NCBI GenBank assembly: GCA_035221665.1
Contig: CM069166.1
Coordinates: 3,968,001-4,032,000, forward strand
Origin: Okamejei kenojei
Lineage: Eukaryota
DNA: 64,000 nt
Direction: 5' to 3'
The position numbers and the translations under genes are program-made. Below the pieces are notes generated by a model that worked only from the letters and a program-made list of their open reading frames with translations, did not search any database and was not told where the DNA came from. This document shows, one piece after another, positions 36,658-49,300 of the stretch. How positions within the stretch are numbered: position 1 is the stretch's first letter; every line of letters starts with the position of its first letter.

Positions 36658-37875
36658 GAATGGATAAAATAGGAAATATTTCAACTGACCTCCAGTACTC
36701 ACTGACTTCTTCCCTTCCTGCATGGTGGAGGTATAATGTGGTCATAGAGTGATACAGTGTGAAAACAGGCCCTTCAGAACAACTTGTCCCCACCCGCCAA
36801 CATGTCCCAGCTACGCTAACTGCTTTTGGTCCATAACTCCAAACCTGTTCTATCCATGTATCAGTCTAAGTGTTTCTTAAATGTTGGGATGGTCCCTGCC
36901 TCAACTACCTCCTCTGGCAGCTTGTTCCAAACACCCACCACCCTTTGTGTGGATAAAATTACCCCTTAAAAAGTTACCTCTTAAATATACTTCATACAAA
37001 AAACATTGAAATCATATTTCTACAATGCACTAAAACATGATTTTAATACATCAAATTTAAAAAAGTTCCTACCCTGGGAGGGGGACACCCCCCTTCCACA
37101 CCCTCTCCCCACTCGGTTGCTCCACTCCCTCACTGGGTCCCCCAAGGCCAGTGATCAGTGATCGCTCAGCCTCCCCACTTTCAAAAACGCTCCGTGGCCT
37201 CTGATTCAGATGGAGAACACTGCCAGATGTGAGCGGGGAACTGAGGCTAGTTGTCTATGATGTTTGGATCCCAATGCTCAGCGCTTCATGTTTCGGAGTT
37301 GGCTAATGTTATTGATTTGTAATTAGCCTGATGTCTTCAGGATAGTTTGTTATGAAAATGAAAGAAATGGTATCAGACACTTATACAGCTGAGTGAGTAT
37401 AATTTTATGGATGGGAATTGTGTTCAACCAATTGATGACTTCTTTGACAAAGTGACTAGCATGTTAGATAACAAGGAAGCCAATGAATGTAGCAATTTTT
37501 GTTACCCATAATTTGGTCTGTGAAGTGCCCCATAAAGGATTACTGCATTAGCTAAGCACCTGTGGACTTGAACGTAATAGGTTAAGTCCAGGGGGTCAGA
37601 TATGGGGCTTTATGTGTGGGCCAGGTATATTGTCAGTGCAAAGGGGCTAGGAGCAAGGCCAAGTGTGCATCCAGAGTCAAGGTCTGGAATAGTACTAGGT
37701 GTGCAGTCAAAGCTGGGACCAGGGGTGTGTTCAGCACTGGGAACCTAAGCAGGTAAGCAGCTATGTTCAGGGTAGAATAGGGGGCCAGGTGTAGGGCTGG
37801 ACTCAGGGACAGGAATGAGAGAAGGTATGCAACTGGAGTCAGGGCCAGGAGTAGTACCAGGTGTGCAGTGAGACC

Positions 37876-38240
37876 CAGGTTGGCCAACATGGGCAAAGTG
37901 TTTGATTATAATCTGATTTACATACATTAATACATTAAGATCTTTCATGTGCTGCACGTATGGATCAGAGCCTGGGCTCTTTTGTGGAATGTAATTTACT
38001 CTAACCTTATTCATAGCTAATCCAATTTAAAGCATACATATTGCATTCAAGTGTAAGTTAAAAGACTTGCTACAGTATGCACCATATTGCACAATTTCAA
38101 GCTGAAAAATGCAAAAGTTCATTACTAATGGGAGGGGGGGACACCCTCCTCCCCCCCCCCCCCCCCCCCCACCGGTCGCTCCCTCGGGCTTGGTCTCGCA
38201 ATTTCTCACTCCCAACTCTTACCCAATGTTGGCAGCCCTG
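37876..38240. mobile_element. MITE-like DNA element
   Basis: Imperfect 15-bp TIR CAGGTTGGCCAACAT / ATGTTGGCAGCCCTG; no clear TSD. Shares an internal motif with ~36990-37203. Confidence 0.55.
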
Positions 38241-39047
38241 CGCATATGCTATATTGCAAGAGGATATTGTGGTTAGTTGTGACAAAGACTTGTTTCAATC
38301 TTTGCCACAGCCTGAACGAACATCATTAGTGGCTTTGGTGAAAGGCTTTGCGATACTGTAAAGGCCCCAAAATCCAAAAGTTTAGTTTTAGTTTAGTTTA
38401 AATTAGTTGGAAGCTCCTCAAACTGCAGAGCATTTTGGACAATACAGCTCACTCCCTCCATGACATATCTTGGGATAATGAACAGCTATGGTCGCTAACC
38501 GCAGATGATAGTGTTTTGTGTGTTCACGACAGTAACTAAAACAAAGGTTTGCCCTTTCAATCTGCTTTGTTTGCTCTGGCAGCATAGTCACGAGGGCTGT
38601 GCCAGGACTAGAAACAGTGAAGGGCAATCAGGAAGTCACAGTTGGAGGTGAAGTTTTACTGACTGAACTCAATATTTCCTCTGAAATATTATAATATGAT
38701 TCTACTCTCTGCTTACAAACACAAACTGAAGCGGAAGATAGACACAAAATGCTGGAGTCTCAGCGGGACAGGCAGCATCTCTGGAGAGAAGGGATGGGTG
38801 ACATTTCTGGTTGAGACCCTTCTTCAGACTCATCCAGCATCTTCAGTTCCTTCCTACTGAAGCGGAATGATTACTTCCAGAAAGTGGCTATCCTAGATTA
38901 ATATGCCATTGTCGTCACAGAATTCACAGAAAGAGCGTAGAGGACTGTGTACCAAAGGAGATGATATGTGTGTTCCCTGTGGATGAACCATGAAGGCTAA
39001 TCCCAGGTGATGTCCAAGTCTTCAGCATTTGTCAAGCGGTTCAAGAA

Positions 39048-39243
39048 GGCACCGCAGATGCTGGAAAAATCGAAGGTAGATAAAAATGCTGGAGAAACTC
39101 AGTGTGTGAGGCAGCATCTATGGAGCGAAGGACTAGGTGACGTTTCGGGTCTGAAGAAGGATCTCGACCCGAAACGTCACCTAATCCTTCGCTCCATAGA
39201 TGCTGCCTCACCCGCTGAGTTTCTCCAGCATTTTTATCTACCT
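39048..39243. mobile_element. Young fold-back Penelope-derived element with hammerhead core
   Basis: ~80-bp inverted arms (39072-39151 / 39166-39245); direct repeat TCAAGCGGTTCAAGAA at 39032-39047 and 39244-39259; CTGAAGA...GAAACGTC at 39151-39178. Confidence 0.8.
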
Positions 39244-39931
39244 TCAAGCGGTTCAAGAAACCTATCTATGACTTTTGCAGAGCCTGGATAGTGTGGATGT
39301 GGAGAGGATGTTTCCACTAGTGGGAGAAGTCTAGGATCAGAGGCCATAGCCTCAGAATAAAAGGACGTACCTTTAAAAAGGAGATGAGGAATTTCTTCAG
39401 TCAGTGGGTGGTGAAACTGCGAAATTCATTACTGTGGAGGGTAAGTCGATGGATATTTCTAAGGAGGAGAATGACAGATTCTCGATTCGTACGGGTGTCA
39501 GGGGTTATGAGAAGAAGGCAGGAGAATGGAGTTGAGAGGGTGATAGATCAGCAAAGATTGATTGGCGGAGTAGACTTGATGGGTCCAATTCTGCTCCTAG
39601 ACCTTATGAAGGTATGAACTATGATGGGGAACAGCGGGTGGCGGGGGGGTTGTTACTGTGACGGGAGACTAGGTAGGGAGGGTGTTACAGTGATGGGAAT
39701 GTGGGAGGTTTACTATGATGAGAGGCAGGAGTAGAGGAGTGGGGTACTGTGAAGGAAGGAACTGCCGATGATGTTTTTTTATGATCGGAATGAAGGCGAG
39801 GGTGAGAAGGGTGGGGAGTCACACCCATTGCGCTGATTATCAGAGCCAGTGCGTATTTACCACTGATGGTAAGGGCAGTCTACAGCAAAGATACGAGTAT
39901 CTTTGGTCTACAGTCTTTTTTTTGGAACTCT

Positions 39932-39979
39932 GGGGCTTTCTCAGCATTTAGTTTCCGGGAAATCAGAGAGATTGTTTAC
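39932..39979 (+). promoter_or_regulatory. Candidate cytokine-inducible promoter: kB-like, palindromic GAS and FOX sites
   Basis: GGGGCTTTCT (39932-39941), TTTCCGGGAAA (39952-39962) and TGTTTAC (39973-39979) in CpG-enriched unique DNA ~100 bp upstream of a leader-like ATG. Confidence 0.6.
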
Positions 39980-40056
39980 ATCAATTGCGAGTGTGTGGGC
40001 TGCGGGAGCGCTGTGTTCATTTGGACGGGTGGTGATCAGAGAGGCAGCGGGCGCCG

Positions 40057-40135
40057 ATGATCGCAGTCATGGTCTCTACACTCACTTCAAGCGGGAGATA
40101 CCTTCACCTCATCTTGTTCCTATTCACGTTAACAA
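40057..40135 (+). CDS. Probable exon 1 (signal peptide) of a second secreted or membrane gene, possibly an ICAM paralogue
   Basis: MIAVMVSTLTSSGRYLHLILFLFTLT (alternative ATG at 40069), with a basic residue then a hydrophobic core. Donor A|GTTAGT is phase 1; read-through meets a stop at once. Confidence 0.6.
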
Positions 40136-40199
40136 GTTAGTGCAATCCTCGTATCAATCGCGTTTCTCCCATGGCATGTCCCATTTTTATTTCAAAGCC

Positions 40200-42690
40200 A
40201 AACCGCTTGGAGGTAGTTTTAATCTGCAATTTGAGAAGGAGAACGTTAAATCGGAAGTGTCAGTGATGCAGTTTAACAAAGGGGACGATGAAGGCATGAG
40301 AGGGGAGCTGGCCTAAGTAGACTGGAAAGGTATCCTAGCAGGAATGACGGTGGAACAGCAATGGCAGGAATTTCTGGGCATAATCCGGAAGACGCAGGAT
40401 CATTTCATTCCAAAAAGGAAGAAAGATTCTAAGGGGAGTAGGAGGCAACCATGGCTGACAAGAGAAGTTGGGGATAGAATAAAACTAAAAGAAAAGATGT
40501 ATAACACAGCAAAGAGTAGCCGGAAACCAGAGGATTGGGAAACTTTCATAAGACAACAGAAGGAAACAAAATGGGCAATACGGGCTGAAAAGATGAATAC
40601 GAGGGGAAGCTGGCCAGGAATATAAAGGACAGTAAAAGCTTCTTTAGATATGTTAAGGGGAAAAGAGTAGCAAAGTCAAATGTGGGTCACTTGAAGGCAG
40701 ACACGGGTGAAATTATGTTAACGAAGAAACTGCAGATGCTGGAGAATTGAGGGTTACACAAAAAGCTGGAGAAACTCAGCGGGTGCAGCAGCATCTAAGG
40801 AGCGAAGGAGATAGGCGACGTTTCGGTCGAACACAGACCCTTCTTTCAGACTCTGGTCAGGGATCCAAGGAAACAGAGATATAGACGGTGATGTGGAGAG
40901 ATAAAGAACAATGAATGAAAGCAATATAGCAAAAAAGTATCGATGATAAAGGGAACAAGTCCATTGTAAGCTGTTTTTGTGGTGTGAAAATGAGAAGCTA
41001 GAGCGACTAGGGTGGGGGAGGGAGATAGAGATAGAGGGAATGCCAGGGCCCCATGGCTTGAGACACAGGTGGGAATGGGAGGAGACAGCCGGTTAACAGA
41101 ATTGCAAGAAAATATCAAATGTTTCAGCACAAAGGCACAGCAGACTCCCAAAGCGGAATAGGTTCCTCCAAATATGCGGTGTTGCTCAACTCTGGCCATG
41201 GAGGAACCCAGGACCGAGAGGTAGGATACCGGCATGGGAGGGGAGTTGAGGCTGAGGGACCGGGAGCGCGTCGGGTTGGTTTTTGCGGACCGAGAGGTGG
41301 GAACGTGTTACGGCGAAAACGATCGAGCCCTCCGCTTGTTCTCAAAACCGATATAATCATCTGGCATCTGAGCAGGGATGCAGTATAATGTAAGGTTGGA
41401 CGCACGGAGTCATAGAGCCAACCCTAAAATTAAGTTCACAGTAACATTCAACCCATTTATGTCGTCAAGCCAACAAATGGGGTTTAAATGCATTTCTCTT
41501 CTCCGTTAAAAACAATACACTCACTTCACATGCAGAGTTGTCCGTCCGGCGCTCAGCCCATCGCGCCGCCAAGCGGACATATGACTGGTGCAGATCAGCG
41601 GGCTGCCGCGCGGCGGGTGCGGCCACTGCGCACTTGCACGGTTGCCCCGGCGGGTCTGCCACCCATGCGCACTTGGTGCAAGACCAGACGGCTGCCGGCG
41701 GGCGGGTGCGGCACATGCGCAGGTGCAAGTTGCCGCGTTCGGGTCTGCACCTGCGACACTGGGCCAGGGTGGCGGGGGAGGCCCGGTGCGATGGACGGCA
41801 GCCGCGAGCGCGGATGCCTACGGCTGCTGGCACAGACACAATGCCGCTGATCGCCCAAAGCGGCAAGCCGCGCCCGCCCGGCCTCTGCGCGGCCAACCCC
41901 CCCCCCGAGCTGCCGGGCTGCGCAACCGGTGGCACACTGCGCGCCCAGGTTCACCCGGGAGGAACACCGAGCGCGCGGAGTTCCGTAACAGTTAGGTTTG
42001 AGACTGCCGAACACCGTAAAAAGGTTTTATTTCCGCCGGACAAAATAACGGGGGACAATAAATCATTAACATTCGGGACCACTTGAAGTGCAGGCTGACC
42101 TCTGCGAAGACCGGGAAGGACTTCTATGGGTCCCTGAAAGGAGTGGAGGGGGGGGTGACAAGGGACAAGGTGCGCAATTTATTGCGTGCAAGGGAAAGTG
42201 CGCCCGGGGAAGGAGTAGAGCGGAGGGGAGGGAAAGAATTGAGACAAGCGGAGCGTCACGGAGGGAGCGGAATTCTTTGCAGGAAGGCAGACGGGGGGAG
42301 ATGAGGAAGACAGGGGCGGTGGAGGGGTCAGGACGTTGGAGGTGGCGAAACTGGCGGAGGGACTATCAGTTGTATTTGTTTTCCGGCTGGTGCGGGGTGA
42401 AAGGTGAGGACCAGGGGACTCTGCCCTGTTTGCGAGCGAATAGGTGAATGGGGAGAGAGGGCAGTGTTTGCGGGGTATGGAGGAGACCCTGGTGCGAGCC
42501 TCATCAATAAGTCGGGGGGAGGGGAATCCCCACACTTTCTCTGAAGAATGAGGCCATTTGTTCTAGATGACCTGTGTGAAACCACCTCATCCTGGAGCGA
42601 TGCGGCGTAGACGGGTGAAATTATTATGGGCAACAAGGAAATGCAGAAGAGTTGAATAGGTTCTTCGGATCTGTCTTCACTAGGGCCGAA
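40200..42690 (+). mobile_element. CR1 ORF2 internal fragment interrupted by Penelope
   Basis: TVEQQWQEFLGII...QPWLTREV linker; continues (GEIIMGNKE..) after the Penelope insertion. Confidence 0.7.
40717..42610 (-). mobile_element. Penelope-like element (5'-truncated), duplication copy 1
   Basis: TSD ACGGGTGAAATTAT (40703-40716, 42611-42624); same as 53585-54662 but indel-rich and with an unexplained insert at ~41400-42080. Confidence 0.75.
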
Positions 42691-43339
42691 TGGCCTCCTC
42701 CTGCACCTATTTTCTATGTTTCAATGTTTCTATGAGCTATTAAGCGGAGCTCTATGATCAGCGGGGGGATTTCCTGTCATTTATTAATGTCCAAACAAAA
42801 AGTAGGAATGTTACAAAATTTTGAGATTTTAAAAATCAAGCATGTAATTTATCCCATCAGATAAAGCATAAAAAGAAGTTTAATTTGACACCTAATTCAC
42901 TTTCATATCTTCAATATTAAAAAAGATGGCCATTTTCATGCTCGGAAATTAGCATCTTGTTCCCTATTGGTTTTTCATTGACAACACAAAAGCTGTGATC
43001 GAGGACAGTCAGAAGCCCCATCAAAACTTTCTTAAACACACAATGAAGAGAACAGAATTAAAAATTTCATCATTATAGTATAGATTGAAGCATTCTGAAA
43101 CAAATATGAAACATCTTACTTGGATGACCTGAAATTAAAGCATATAATTAGTTAGTTACTTAATTGTAGCTAATTACAAAATTGACCATTGTGATGGAAA
43201 AAAGTAATAAACACCCATGACTGCCTTGAAAATCCCAAAATGTGATATTTTCAATAGATCAAACTTTAATATTATTAGTATTATATGCTGTAAAGTCCGT
43301 AAAAAGATAGTGTAAAAAAGCGAAATTACAATTTCTACT

Positions 43340-46300
43340 ACAATAGAACAAGTCTCGAGGTAGAGAAGATCCTCTACCCCACATCCCCCTCCCCTAGCGA
43401 AAGAGAAGGGAAGGGGAGAGAGGGGGGGAGGGGTGGCAAGAGGGGGAGAGGGCCCTTCCTCTCTGTCCCCGACTATCTTCCCCCCTTCCCTCTCTTACAC
43501 ACCTCTATTTCTGACCCGTATCCTCTCTTCATTCCCCCTCCCCCTCTGCCCCCTCCCTCTCTAGGCGAGGAAATCCCCACCCCACCTTCCCTCTCCTCCT
43601 CTTTCCCCCATCCTCTTTCCCCCATTCTTCTATCTCCCCCCCCATCTCTCCCCCTCCCTCATCCCCTGCCCTCCCACCCCTCCTAACCCTCCTCCGCATG
43701 CCATCCACCATAACAACCTCCACTCTCCCCCTCCCCCCCTCGCATCCCACTTTTCACATTCCGCCCCCTGTGTTTGGGGGGACGGACCCTCGGTCTAGTA
43801 ACATTATCTATCCTATCTATCTATTTTTAAAACTGTGCGTGTGTGTGTCATTATTTTCGCCTTTAAACGTATCTCTATTTTGCGAAAACCGGAGGCATTA
43901 ACGGGAAGATTTTTTAACGTATTTCTGTAGGGATTTACCTTAATGCAAGTCAGAAGCTTTTATCGCTGACGTCACAATGCCCCACAATGCGCCACACCAA
44001 TCGAGGCCCATCAGACTCCCGCCCCCCACCCCCCAACCCCCCACCCCCCGCTGTGGGCTAAAGCATTCTTTATTTCTTTTTTACATAGCATTAAATTTTT
44101 TTTGTGTCTCTGTGTCCCATCTCCGTGTCCCGCACCCCCCCCCCCCCCGCCCCCCCCCGGGGCCTGGCCTCTCCGATTAACAACATCACTGCTGTTTTGC
44201 ATGCGTGTATAAGAATCTCTTCCCCCGTCTTTAAAAAGCGTAGAAAGAACGAGCAGGTTCTTCAGATCCCGAGGACACCTGGTTATTTTGTGAAGTCACG
44301 CTCTTCCCGCAGCTGGACTCCCACGCCTGCTCGCCACTCCACCAAGAAAATCAGCCCCCCCCCCCCTCCGTTCTTCAAGATGTATTTATTTATATTTATT
44401 TGTCTATTGTTCCCGAAACCAGATAAAGACCATAAATAGGAACTAAAATGAATCAACAAACAAAATCGAAATAGTCAAACAATTGGACATTCCAGGGCAT
44501 ATCTTTGGTACAAAGCAAAGCACTGAAAGGTATAAAGATAAGAATTTTAAAATGAGCAACAGACTTTTTCTTTTACCAAGCTCGAAATGGAAAGAAATAA
44601 CATAACATGTGCACCTTCCACACCTTTACAATGGCTCATACTTAAAGGAGTTAATTAATAACAATATATTATTCACCTTTAGCAATAACATTGCTTAGCT
44701 ATAATCACCCAATAATGATACACATATTCAATACGTAATATAATGTAACACATAATAGACCATGACTCCACGGTTATACAAACATACATTGCGAAGCTGC
44801 CGTTTGAATATTCTATAATTTCAGAAGACGAACTTGCCAAGAATTGAGCAATATATCGCTCTACTTAACACCATACATTAATAACACTCTGCTTATTTGA
44901 AAACCAGTATTTAGTCACGTTACAACAAGAAAGGGGAATATAAGAGCAAACACAACACAATCCATATCACAGAACACAGTCTCTGCTGGCAGTAAAAACG
45001 AAGGAATACAATTTTGTGAAAGTCATACACTCAGATGTGTGATATGGGTAATAATATACAATAAATAATCTACAATAGCTAATTATTCATTTGAAATACA
45101 ATTTAACCGTAGCACGTAACCCACATACAACAATTTTTAGAGATGCATACAGACATATATCATCAATACATACAAACTGATAAACACATACAGTAAAATG
45201 TATGAAGTAACACAAAAAAAAACATATACAATAAATAATAAATAAATAAACATTAATAAACACTCTAGCGCCCCCTGTTTGTCAACCATCCCCATCATCC
45301 CTGTACCTTGTGAAAAAAAGTTTTTTGTATGTCATTTTGAACTGTTCATGTTTGGGACATTGCTTTAACTCCACATTCAAACTGTTCCACAATCCCACTC
45401 CACAGACCGAAATACAAAAAGTTTTTTTCTAGTCGTGCGGACTCTTTGTACCATTAAAATTAAATATTCGCTATCATTGAATAATTTTTGTATATTTCCA
45501 GGTAAGTTTTTATTTTTTGGCCCTAAACATTATCTGTCCGCCTGTTTTCAAATGCAACCAAATCTGCCTAATTTTAAAAATAATTTTGAGTTTGTAAGAA
45601 TAATGAATTAGTGTGATCCAGATACCTGATACAATGCGTATTGCTCTCTTTTTTGCAGAAATAGTTAATGAATCATAGCGAACTTTTATAGTTATTGCCC
45701 CAGACACATCTGCACACAGTAATTTAAGTAGGGTAAGATTAGTGCGAACAGTAGAGAATGCGACGAGTGATTTGTGATCCCAGAACCTGATTACAACTTT
45801 GTGTTAATAAACAGAAATGCTTTTTGACAATTTGGATTGTACTTATGTTTAATGTGTGATTTCCAGCTGATTTCTATCATCCATTATAACCCAAAGGAGA
45901 AATTTATGCTTTCATGAACTCTTTCAACTTCAACCCCATTTATCTTTATACCTTCGCTCACACGTGTATTTGTTCAGCAATTACCAAATAACATTATTTT
46001 GCGGTTTTGCTCAAGTTTAATGAAATTTTGTTCCTAGACAAACCACATGTTTTCAGTTTGCCCTGACATTCCTTTTGTTATTTTGTCCAGTCTCCGTTAG
46101 TTTTTAAAATTCTCCCCAGAACAAAAAATATGTTTGTGTCGCATCTGCGAACAAGACAATCCTCAAGGCATTGGAAAACACATTACAAATGTTCGATTTA
46201 ATATATACATGATGAATAGTTTTTTTGGACCCAACACTGAGACCCCTGGAGGGACACCACAAGCAATTGTCCCAAAATGTAAACTGAGCTGCCCAGCTTC

Positions 46301-49300
46301 ACAAACTGTTGCGTGTTACTTAAATAGCTTTTTATCCAATCCAGTACTAAGACCATCTGATGCCATACCTTTCTAATTTTTTAAAATTGCAGAAAAAACG
46401 AGCGTTCTGCAGATCGGGAGGTCACCGGTGGTCACAGTCAGTCACCTGAGGCCACCGACTTCTTTCTGAATCCTCTCCTTCTCCTCCACCCCCAATGGTA
46501 GAACATGGCGGCCGACAGCGGCCGTTAAGTCGCGCGGGAACACGCGATGAGAAGGTGGCCCTCGCGGCCATGACTCCCTCTGGGAAACCAGTCCCCGGCG
46601 CAGCGAGTCAAGTCACGCCCCTCCCTCCCTCGCGCTGCCAGTCGCGCGCCGCTCAATGCCTTTGATAAAAAACCTTGCGACCCCCCCCCACTCTCTCTCC
46701 CCTCTCATCTCTCCTCTCTCCTCCCTCGCCCCCCTCGCTCTCCCTCTCCCCCCCCCTCGCTCTCCCCTCTCTCCCCCTCGCTCTCTCTCTCCCCCCCTCG
46801 CTCTCTCTCTCCCCCTCGCTCTCTCTCTCCCCCACGCCCTCTCTCTCCCCTCTCTCCCCCCACCTCGCCCTCTCTCTCCCCCACCTCTCTCTCCCCTCCC
46901 CCCACTTTCTCTCACCTCCTCCCTCTCTCTCCCCCCCCTCTCTCCTCCCCTCTCCCCCTCTCCACCCCCCCCCAACCCCTCTCTCCCCCCCTCCCCCTCT
47001 CATCCACCCCACCCCCCCTCCCCCTCCTCATCCCCCCCCTCCTCCCCTCATCCCCCCCCCTCAAGTACCCCACCCCCCTCCCACCTCTCATCCCCCCTCC
47101 CCCTCTCATCCCCCCTCCCCCTCTCATCCCCCCTCCCCCCTCTCATCCCCCTTTCCCTTTTCCCCTCCTCTCATCCCCCCCCCCCCTCTCTCCCCACCCT
47201 TCCCCCTCACCCTCCCTATTCCCCCCTCTCCCAACATTCCCTCCCCCTCCCACTTCTCTCTCTGCCCTCACTCCTCTACCCCCCCCCCCCCCCCACCTCT
47301 CTAACGCGCCAGCGAGTTGGGGGCGTATGCGTCAGTAGATAGGACGGATTATGGGGTAAAAGGAGCAAATTAATAATTAATAATAAAATAACAAAGGGGG
47401 TAGTTAAAATGTGTGTGCGGGGGGCTAGTTAGTGTGAGTGTGTGTGTGGGTGGTTAATGTGTTTGACGCCGCATGCCCATGCCCCCCCCCACCCCCCCCC
47501 CCCCCCCCCGCAACCTAATGTTGGAGGAACAGAACCCAACGAGTCTGCACTTGGTCTTGTATATATTTAAAACTCTCGTGTTGGTTTTGTCCGGGTACTA
47601 TTCGCTAATATTCGTTTTAAGACGTTTGTGAAATCTCCTCCTCCAAAATGTGCAAAAATGGAATAACATATCCTTACCCTGCCTTTTCAGTAAAAAACAT
47701 TAAACATTTCAAAATGTTAAAAAAATCTAACTGCTTCTCACCCCATAGTACGTTGATGAACATTCCATCGTGTTAATGTTTTTTTCACAATGCCCAATGT
47801 TCACAGATGTCCAATCGGAATGGATCTCATTTACATATTCCTTTGCTCCAGCCGTAGCCCCGCCCCCCGCCGCCTGAAGTTTGCCAGCACATTCCATTGT
47901 GTGATGTCACAATTCCATCCCTCACAGATGGTCAATCGCAACGGATCTCATTTACATATGCCCCAGCTCCGCCCTCCCGCCGCCTGTGTCGAAGCGCGTG
48001 ATCACGTGATCAACATAACGGCCGTTGCGACTCTCTCCGCCCACAACCCGCCCCAAAACACAGGTTTTATAAGCTTGGTAAATTATCCCCTCTCTAAACC
48101 CCCTCTCATACTACTCTCCTCCTCCTGCTCTATCCCCCCCCCTCCTCTCTCCACCACCCCTTCTCTCCTCCCCCCCCCGCCCCCCTTCTCTTTACCCACC
48201 TCCCCCCATCCTCTCCTCTCACCGAGAACAGAAAATACCATGTTCAGGACAGAATAATATCGACAGAAAACAATATTTCTTCACCTTTCTTTGTTATTGG
48301 GGAACCTGAAGAAAGACAGATAGGGTCGGCCACATTGTCGATTACAGCAATTTATAGCAGAACAGTGAGCTGTAGATGTAGTGGACCCATGACGGTATCA
48401 AGGCAGTCCTTCAAAATGCGGAGAACAATCGACCCCCGCACGCGCGCGTTCTCATCCGCCGCCCGACTTGGCGGGAAGAGGCAGCGCGGGGTAAACCGGC
48501 GGCAGCCAATGGGATGCATGGGGGTGGGGGGGAAGGTGACAGCACGCGAGGCCCCGCCTCCCCAAGCATGCGCTCTGGCGGCAGCTGTCGTCGCTCCCCC
48601 GCATGCCTCCAGCTTTCGACGCAGGTTAACCTCCTGCCTACCCAACTCTCCAGCTGTTAACATCCCACCTCCTCCCCCGCCGTAGACGTCCGTTAAACTC
48701 CCACCGACCCAACAATCAACGCTCGTACGCTCACGGCCTTCAGCTGTTGACACTCACTTCCCGCCCAACCACCCCGCCTTCACCCTCTCAAATGTCAGCG
48801 CACCATCAATCGCCGTACCGCCACCCATCCCCAGCTGTGTCTGGCCCGTTAACCGCACAGTCGTCGAACTTTTTGCCGACCCTTCTCGCCCGTACACTCA
48901 ATCAATTGTTTCAATGCCCATAAACCGCCCGATCCCCCCCACCCCCCCCCTTACTGTCGACGCTTGGAGGCCGTCCAACTGTTTGACTCCTCGCTCATTC
49001 ACGGTACCCCCAATAGTTGACTATCGCTCCTGGGTGGCCCGAAACCAACTGTCAACACCCGTTCCCACCCAAAACACCCCTCTCCCTCTTCTCCCCTCTC
49101 ACCTCTCCTCCCTCTCTCCGTCCGCCCTCTCTCTTCTCTCCCCCCTCCCCCCCCCCCCTCTTCTCCCCCCCTTTCCCCCCCCTCTCCCTCTCACCTTTCA
49201 ATCCTCTTTCCTCCTCCCCTCCTCCCCACCCCGTCTCTCCCTCTCCTCCCTCTCTCCGGCCCACCCCTCTCTCCCCCCCCTCCTCTCCCTCTCACCCTTT

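Noticed and set aside
41400-42080. GC-rich island with multiple 120-180 aa ORFs
   Set aside because: Present only in the error-rich copy, replacing a short piece of Penelope. No TIR, TSD or domain; most likely a low-quality read segment, though not proven.
46613-47342. Pro/Ser/Leu- and Gly/Arg/Glu-rich ORFs (also near 49.0, 55.5, 58.3 and 60.4 kb)
   Set aside because: Translations of CT-rich low-complexity tracts.
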